Shown: piece after piece, positions 59,792 to 64,000 of the stretch
Layout: each line of letters begins with the position of its first letter
Position numbering within the stretch: the stretch's first letter is position 1
Source: Tabrizicola sp.
GTDB lineage: Bacteria > Pseudomonadota > Alphaproteobacteria > Rhodobacterales > Rhodobacteraceae
DNA length: 64,000 nucleotides
Assembly: GCF_030373185.1 (NCBI RefSeq)
Contig: NZ_JAUCZH010000002.1
Coordinates: 290,151 to 354,150 of the forward strand
Reading direction: 5' to 3'
Position numbers and translations under genes: made by a program
The notes under the pieces: model-generated
What the model saw: the letters and a program-made list of their open reading frames with translations, nothing else
Told to the model about the DNA's origin: nothing
The model's database searches: none

Positions 59792-60922
59792 CTACTCACT
59801 ACAGCAGATCTCTTGAAGTCCGTCGATCACCGATGCCATATAATCATCATCATAGCCTGAGTCATTCTCCAGTACGCTGAGAAAGGCGGCGACGCGCCCG
59901 GATGGGATGTCGATCATCAGAAACTGGCCGCCGTATCCGGCATGGCCAATCCAGCGGCCATTGGTCATGAGGTGGTTTGAATAGCGGATGGTCCCACGCT
60001 TGGGCCCGAGGAAGGGCCCCGCATGTGTCATCGTCGTTCCAAGGAAATCGGCCGACCCGACGGGCGCACCAAATACCGCACGCCCTTTGCGCGCCAACAG
60101 CAGACCAAAGCGGGCCAAATCACGGGCAGACAGGCACCCGCCGCCCGAGAACGCCGGAAGATGTTCAGGGCTGAGGCTGATGTGAAAAGCGCCCTCATAG
60201 CCGGCAGCATCTGCAATTGTCTCGATCTTTGACTGAAGATCAACGAAAGCTGCGGCGATCAACGTCAGCACATCGGTATTGGCGGATTTGTATCGCGCAT
60301 ACCCGGTTCGCGGCATCGTGCCGCTGCCTGTCAGGCTGGCAGTGAAATCGCGCAACGTCTGTTCCGGCCGGTCGTCGTGGGGAAGCCGCCATCCCAGCGC
60401 CTCTTCTTCGCGAAAGCAATCGGCCTGCGCATCGCTGTAATCTTCGGAAAAGTCATTGTCGACGTTCATGTCAAGAACGTCCTGCACCCGTGCTGTGGCA
60501 TAGGCAGAGCCGATCCAGGGAAGCAGATCCCCAATCCGATCATCGGGGTGAATATGGCCGTCGGCAATCAGTTCCCCGATGATCAGGTGGATGTGCATCT
60601 TGCTTATGGATTGCAGCGAATGCACGCGATCGGAGGCAAAGTCGGCGGCGGCGGCTTCGAAAAGGCTGGTCGTTTCCTGGGCCACGACAAGTGCTGAAAA
60701 TGCAGGATGCGCAGTCAGGCCTGAGTTTGCGACCTGCCGGGCGATATCGGCATCTGGCAGGACGTTCAGATCCAGCACTCGACGCGCGCGCACCATCAGC
60801 GTGCGGCGAAACAAGAGATGCGCGTTGTGAAACCCGGCCCGTCGCTGGTGCGGCTGGTTCCAGCCTTGCTTGTTGTCCTCTCCGACGGTCAAAGCCGGGT
60901 TTGGGTGACTGGGCAGGGTCAT
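59792..60922 (-). CDS. Serine hydrolase, beta-lactamase/NylB (6-aminohexanoate-dimer hydrolase)-like
   Basis: SxxK (QSISK), YKSANTDVL, SARDLARFG, GHAGYGGQ. Confidence 0.82.
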   Translation of the reverse strand: MTLPSHPNPALTVGEDNKQGWNQPHQRRAGFHNAHLLFRRTLMVRARRVLDLNVLPDADIARQVANSGLTAHPAFSALVVAQETTSLFEAAAADFASDRVHSLQSISKMHIHLIIGELIADGHIHPDDRIGDLLPWIGSAYATARVQDVLDMNVDNDFSEDYSDAQADCFREEEALGWRLPHDDRPEQTLRDFTASLTGSGTMPRTGYARYKSANTDVLTLIAAAFVDLQSKIETIADAAGYEGAFHISLSPEHLPAFSGGGCLSARDLARFGLLLARKGRAVFGAPVGSADFLGTTMTHAGPFLGPKRGTIRYSNHLMTNGRWIGHAGYGGQFLMIDIPSGRVAAFLSVLENDSGYDDDYMASVIDGLQEICCSE

Positions 60923-63018
60923 GCGGCCCCTGTTGTCTGGATAAGGGCATCGACGACCCAGAGCCCGGTTTGGGTCACGAACAGGGGGTTGATCTCGATC
61001 TCTGTCAACGTTCGCGCTTCGGTCTCATAGATCGTGGCCAGCCGCATAAGGAACTGCGCAAGGGCGGGCAGATCTGCCTGCGCACTGCCCCGATAGCCTG
61101 TCAGCAGACGCGCGATTTTCAGACGCTGCAAGGCGTGCAGAACATCTGCTTCGGTTGCAGGCAAAAGCAGCGTTTCGGCATCGTCCAGCAACTCAACCAG
61201 CACGCCGCCCGCGCCCAGCGTCAGGATCAGGCCAAATTGTGGATCGCGCCGCAGGTTCACCAGCAACTCTGCGAAAGGGTGGGGGGCCATCTGTTCGACC
61301 AGAAAGCGGTCGGTGACGGCAAGGGAATCGTGATGCGAAACATCGTCGCACATCTTTGCCAACGCCTTGGCAACCGCGTCGGCGTTGCCAAGACCCACTG
61401 CCACGGCGCCCGCTTCGGATTTGTGGGCAAGCCTTGGCCCCATCATTTTCAGCACGACCGGATAGCCGATGCGCGTGGCCGCGGCGACGACGTTGCTGCC
61501 GCCAACCACCTCGCCTTGCGGGATCGGCAGACCAAGGCGGCGCAGGTGCTGCTTGCCCGCAGCCTCGTCCATGATGGTCGGGTCGGCAGTCCGGGAAAGG
61601 ACATGCAGCGGTTTGGGCAGCTCAGAAAGGATCTGCGTGCGCCGCGCCTGCCAAATCGTGGCGGCGTGGATGGCATCCAGCGTTTCGGTGAGGCCCTGCA
61701 TCGGGGCAACTCCTTGCGAGATCAGCCAGTCGCGGGTTTCCGCGTCCAAGTTTTCGGGCAAGGTGGCGCAGATGGCCGCCGGTATGCCCCGCGCTTTGGC
61801 TGCAGCGATGAAGGCACCAGCATCGGCAAGGTAATACCCCCTGGACTCGTCCAGCCCTGCGGCCGGATAATCTTGCACGAGTACGGCAGAGGCCGCCTGA
61901 AGACCATCCATCGCGCCACCAAAGACCGGGCCGGTGCGTACCGGATCGCCCCAGATCGGTGTGGTGTAATCCAGCGGGTTCGACACAGTGGCGATGTCTG
62001 GCAAAAGGGCGGTCAACGATCTTCGCGCCGGGTCGGAAAAGGTGGGAAACGTTAGTCCAATGGTCTCGGCATGGTCGGCAAGCATGGTGGCCCCGCCCCC
62101 AGAACAGGTAAAACCTGAGACCCGGTTGTCTTTTGGCGCACCTGCGACGCAGAGGAATTTCAACGTCTCCAGCAGTTGCGCGGGGGATTTCACACGAATG
62201 ACTCCGACACGCGCAAACAACGCATCGTAAAGGTCATCAGTGCCGGACAACGAGCCGGTATGACTGACCGTCAGCGCGGCGCCGATCTGCGACGATCCGG
62301 TTTTCAGCGCGACCAGAGGGATACCCTTTTGCGCCGCCCGCAGGGCAACCTCGGCAAAGCGGGGAACGTCGCGCAGACCTTCGATATGCATGCCGATGGC
62401 GCGCACGGCAGGATGATCGACAAGATGATCGACGAAATCCTCCAGGCTGAGAACCGACTGGTTGCCGCAGGAAATCATATGGGTCAACGGCAAGGACCGC
62501 TGGCTCATGGTGATGTCGGAACTGAGCATGCCGCTTTGCGTGATGATGGCCGCGCCATAGCCGGGCGATCCCCCGCCATGGGCAAAGGGCCACATCGCGG
62601 CACGGTCAAGATAGTTGATTACGCCATAGCAATTGGGGCCGACCAGTGCGAGATCGCCCGCGGAGCGGATCAGATCTGCCTCCAACGCCTCTCCGGCCTT
62701 GCCGGCTTCGCGAAAGCCCGCCGCATAGCACACGATGCCCCCCGCCCCGCGTGCTGAAAGCCGTTCGGTGGTGGCGATGGCCGCAGCGGCGGGCACGGCC
62801 AGAAAGCAACCGTCCGGCGCGTCGGGCAGATCGTCCACTGATGCGTAGCAGCGATGCCCCCCCAAGGTTTCGCGGCGCGGATTGACGGGCCAAATCAGGC
62901 CTTTGAAGCCGATCCTTTCGGCCTCTTTGATGGCGACTTCGGCGTCACGGCCGCCGACAAAGGCAATATGACGGGGCGAAAGCAGACGGGCAAGGTTTGT
63001 GCGGCGCGTGGGCGTCAT
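60919..63018 (-). CDS. ADP-forming acyl-CoA synthetase, fused CoA-binding and ATP-grasp domains
   Basis: WPVNP, GPNCYG, QSG, SCGNQ, SHTGSL, NPLDY, HKSEAGAV, EINPL; operon start MTPTRR overlaps the ACAD stop. Confidence 0.88.
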   Translation of the reverse strand: MTPTRRTNLARLLSPRHIAFVGGRDAEVAIKEAERIGFKGLIWPVNPRRETLGGHRCYASVDDLPDAPDGCFLAVPAAAAIATTERLSARGAGGIVCYAAGFREAGKAGEALEADLIRSAGDLALVGPNCYGVINYLDRAAMWPFAHGGGSPGYGAAIITQSGMLSSDITMSQRSLPLTHMISCGNQSVLSLEDFVDHLVDHPAVRAIGMHIEGLRDVPRFAEVALRAAQKGIPLVALKTGSSQIGAALTVSHTGSLSGTDDLYDALFARVGVIRVKSPAQLLETLKFLCVAGAPKDNRVSGFTCSGGGATMLADHAETIGLTFPTFSDPARRSLTALLPDIATVSNPLDYTTPIWGDPVRTGPVFGGAMDGLQAASAVLVQDYPAAGLDESRGYYLADAGAFIAAAKARGIPAAICATLPENLDAETRDWLISQGVAPMQGLTETLDAIHAATIWQARRTQILSELPKPLHVLSRTADPTIMDEAAGKQHLRRLGLPIPQGEVVGGSNVVAAATRIGYPVVLKMMGPRLAHKSEAGAVAVGLGNADAVAKALAKMCDDVSHHDSLAVTDRFLVEQMAPHPFAELLVNLRRDPQFGLILTLGAGGVLVELLDDAETLLLPATEADVLHALQRLKIARLLTGYRGSAQADLPALAQFLMRLATIYETEARTLTEIEINPLFVTQTGLWVVDALIQTTGAA

Positions 63019-64000
63019 GCTCCATATGGCCTCAGGATAGAGCGCGTGATGATGTGGCGCTGAATCTCTGAGGTGCCATCCCAGATCCGTTCCAGCCGAC
63101 TGTCCCGCCACAGGCGCTGAATTGGTAGTTCCTCCATCAGGCCCATGCCGCCAAAGATCTGAACCGCGTCATCCGCAACCCGGTTCAGCATTTCCGAACA
63201 GTAGACCTTCACCATCGAGACATCGGCATCGGTCAAACGACCTTCTTCAGCGCGGGTGACCGCATCGGCCACCAGCAGATCGGCCGTACGCAGGCCGATG
63301 GCCATATCCGCCAGCTTGAAACCCGTCGCCTGAAACTGGCCGATCGGCTGGCCGAATTGCTTGCGGCTGGCGGCCCATTCGGTGGCCAGACCTATGATCC
63401 GTTCGGCTTTGCCACAACAACAGGTGCCGACCCAGACACGGCCCATACCGAGCCATTGGCCCGCCAGCTCAAACCCCTTGCCCTCTTCGCCCAAGACCTG
63501 CCCCGGCCCCAGCCGCACATCGTTGAAGGCCAGTTGAAAGGTCTTGTAGCCACGATAGCTGACCGACTTGTTACCCTCACGAATATCGAACCCCGGTGTT
63601 CCGACATCGACCAGAAAGGCGGTGATGCGCTTTCGCGGGCCGCGCTTGGTTTCATCAACCCCGGTCACGGCAAAGACGATCGCGAAATCGGGCATGCAGG
63701 GGCCCGAGATGAAGTGCTTTGAGCCGTTCAGGATCCAGTCCGCGCCATCGCGGCGGGCGTTGGATTTCATGCCCATGGCGTCCGATCCTGCCTCAGGTTC
63801 GGTCAGCGCGAACAATTCTCGCTTTTCGCCGCGGACGGCCGGCATCAGGTAGTTGTCGATCTGATCACCTTCGCAGGCCAGAAGCAGTTCTGTCGGCCGC
63901 CCGATCCAGCTGTGCAGCGCATGGCTGGTCTTGCCGTATTCGCGTTCGATCAGCGACATCGCCTTCATCGACAGCCCGCCTCCGCCCACCCGTTCGGGCA
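63015..64000 (-). CDS. Acyl-CoA dehydrogenase, 5' end beyond the window
   Basis: FALTEPEAGSD, LNGSKHFIS, RKQFGQPIGQFQ, AVQIFGGMG, RIWDGTSEIQR. Confidence 0.92.
   Translation of the reverse strand, partial: PERVGGGGLSMKAMSLIEREYGKTSHALHSWIGRPTELLLACEGDQIDNYLMPAVRGEKRELFALTEPEAGSDAMGMKSNARRDGADWILNGSKHFISGPCMPDFAIVFAVTGVDETKRGPRKRITAFLVDVGTPGFDIREGNKSVSYRGYKTFQLAFNDVRLGPGQVLGEEGKGFELAGQWLGMGRVWVGTCCCGKAERIIGLATEWAASRKQFGQPIGQFQATGFKLADMAIGLRTADLLVADAVTRAEEGRLTDADVSMVKVYCSEMLNRVADDAVQIFGGMGLMEELPIQRLWRDSRLERIWDGTSEIQRHIITRSILRPYGA

Overview
GC-rich alphaproteobacterial DNA, most likely Rhodobacteraceae (inferred from gene content). It reads as an accessory, heavily rearranged catabolic island or plasmid segment. 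No rRNA, tRNA or CRISPR array was seen. The main theme is uptake and breakdown of methylated onium compounds and small amides. (1) At the left, a GcvA-like LysR faces an operon of DmdA-like demethylase, DUF2182, DUF1326, dmdB, acuI and dmdD: a DMSP/MMPA demethylation pathway with two uncharacterised Cys-rich proteins inside it. This is the best candidate for an undescribed system. (2) An XRE-regulated pair of operons encodes a class III aminotransferase plus BKACE on one side, and a C45 hydrolase, Liv-type ABC transporter, PuuD-like hydrolase and D-amino-acid transaminase on the other. (3) A second LysR faces a CoA ligase, thiolase, esterase and second DmdA-like demethylase, next to an enolase-superfamily enzyme, an Opp/Dpp transporter and a 3-hydroxyacyl-CoA dehydrogenase. 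(4) Also present are matAB, a CDGSH/FMN glutamate-synthase-like gene with a hemerythrin gene, and at the right edge an acyl-CoA dehydrogenase, ADP-forming CoA ligase and serine hydrolase. There are two IS elements (IS3 and IS5 families) and about ten gene remnants. These include a reciprocally decayed LysR-esterase duplication, an inverted and internally deleted copy of the Dpp operon, and a three-gene chimera. All functional calls come from motif recognition by eye; no database search was run.
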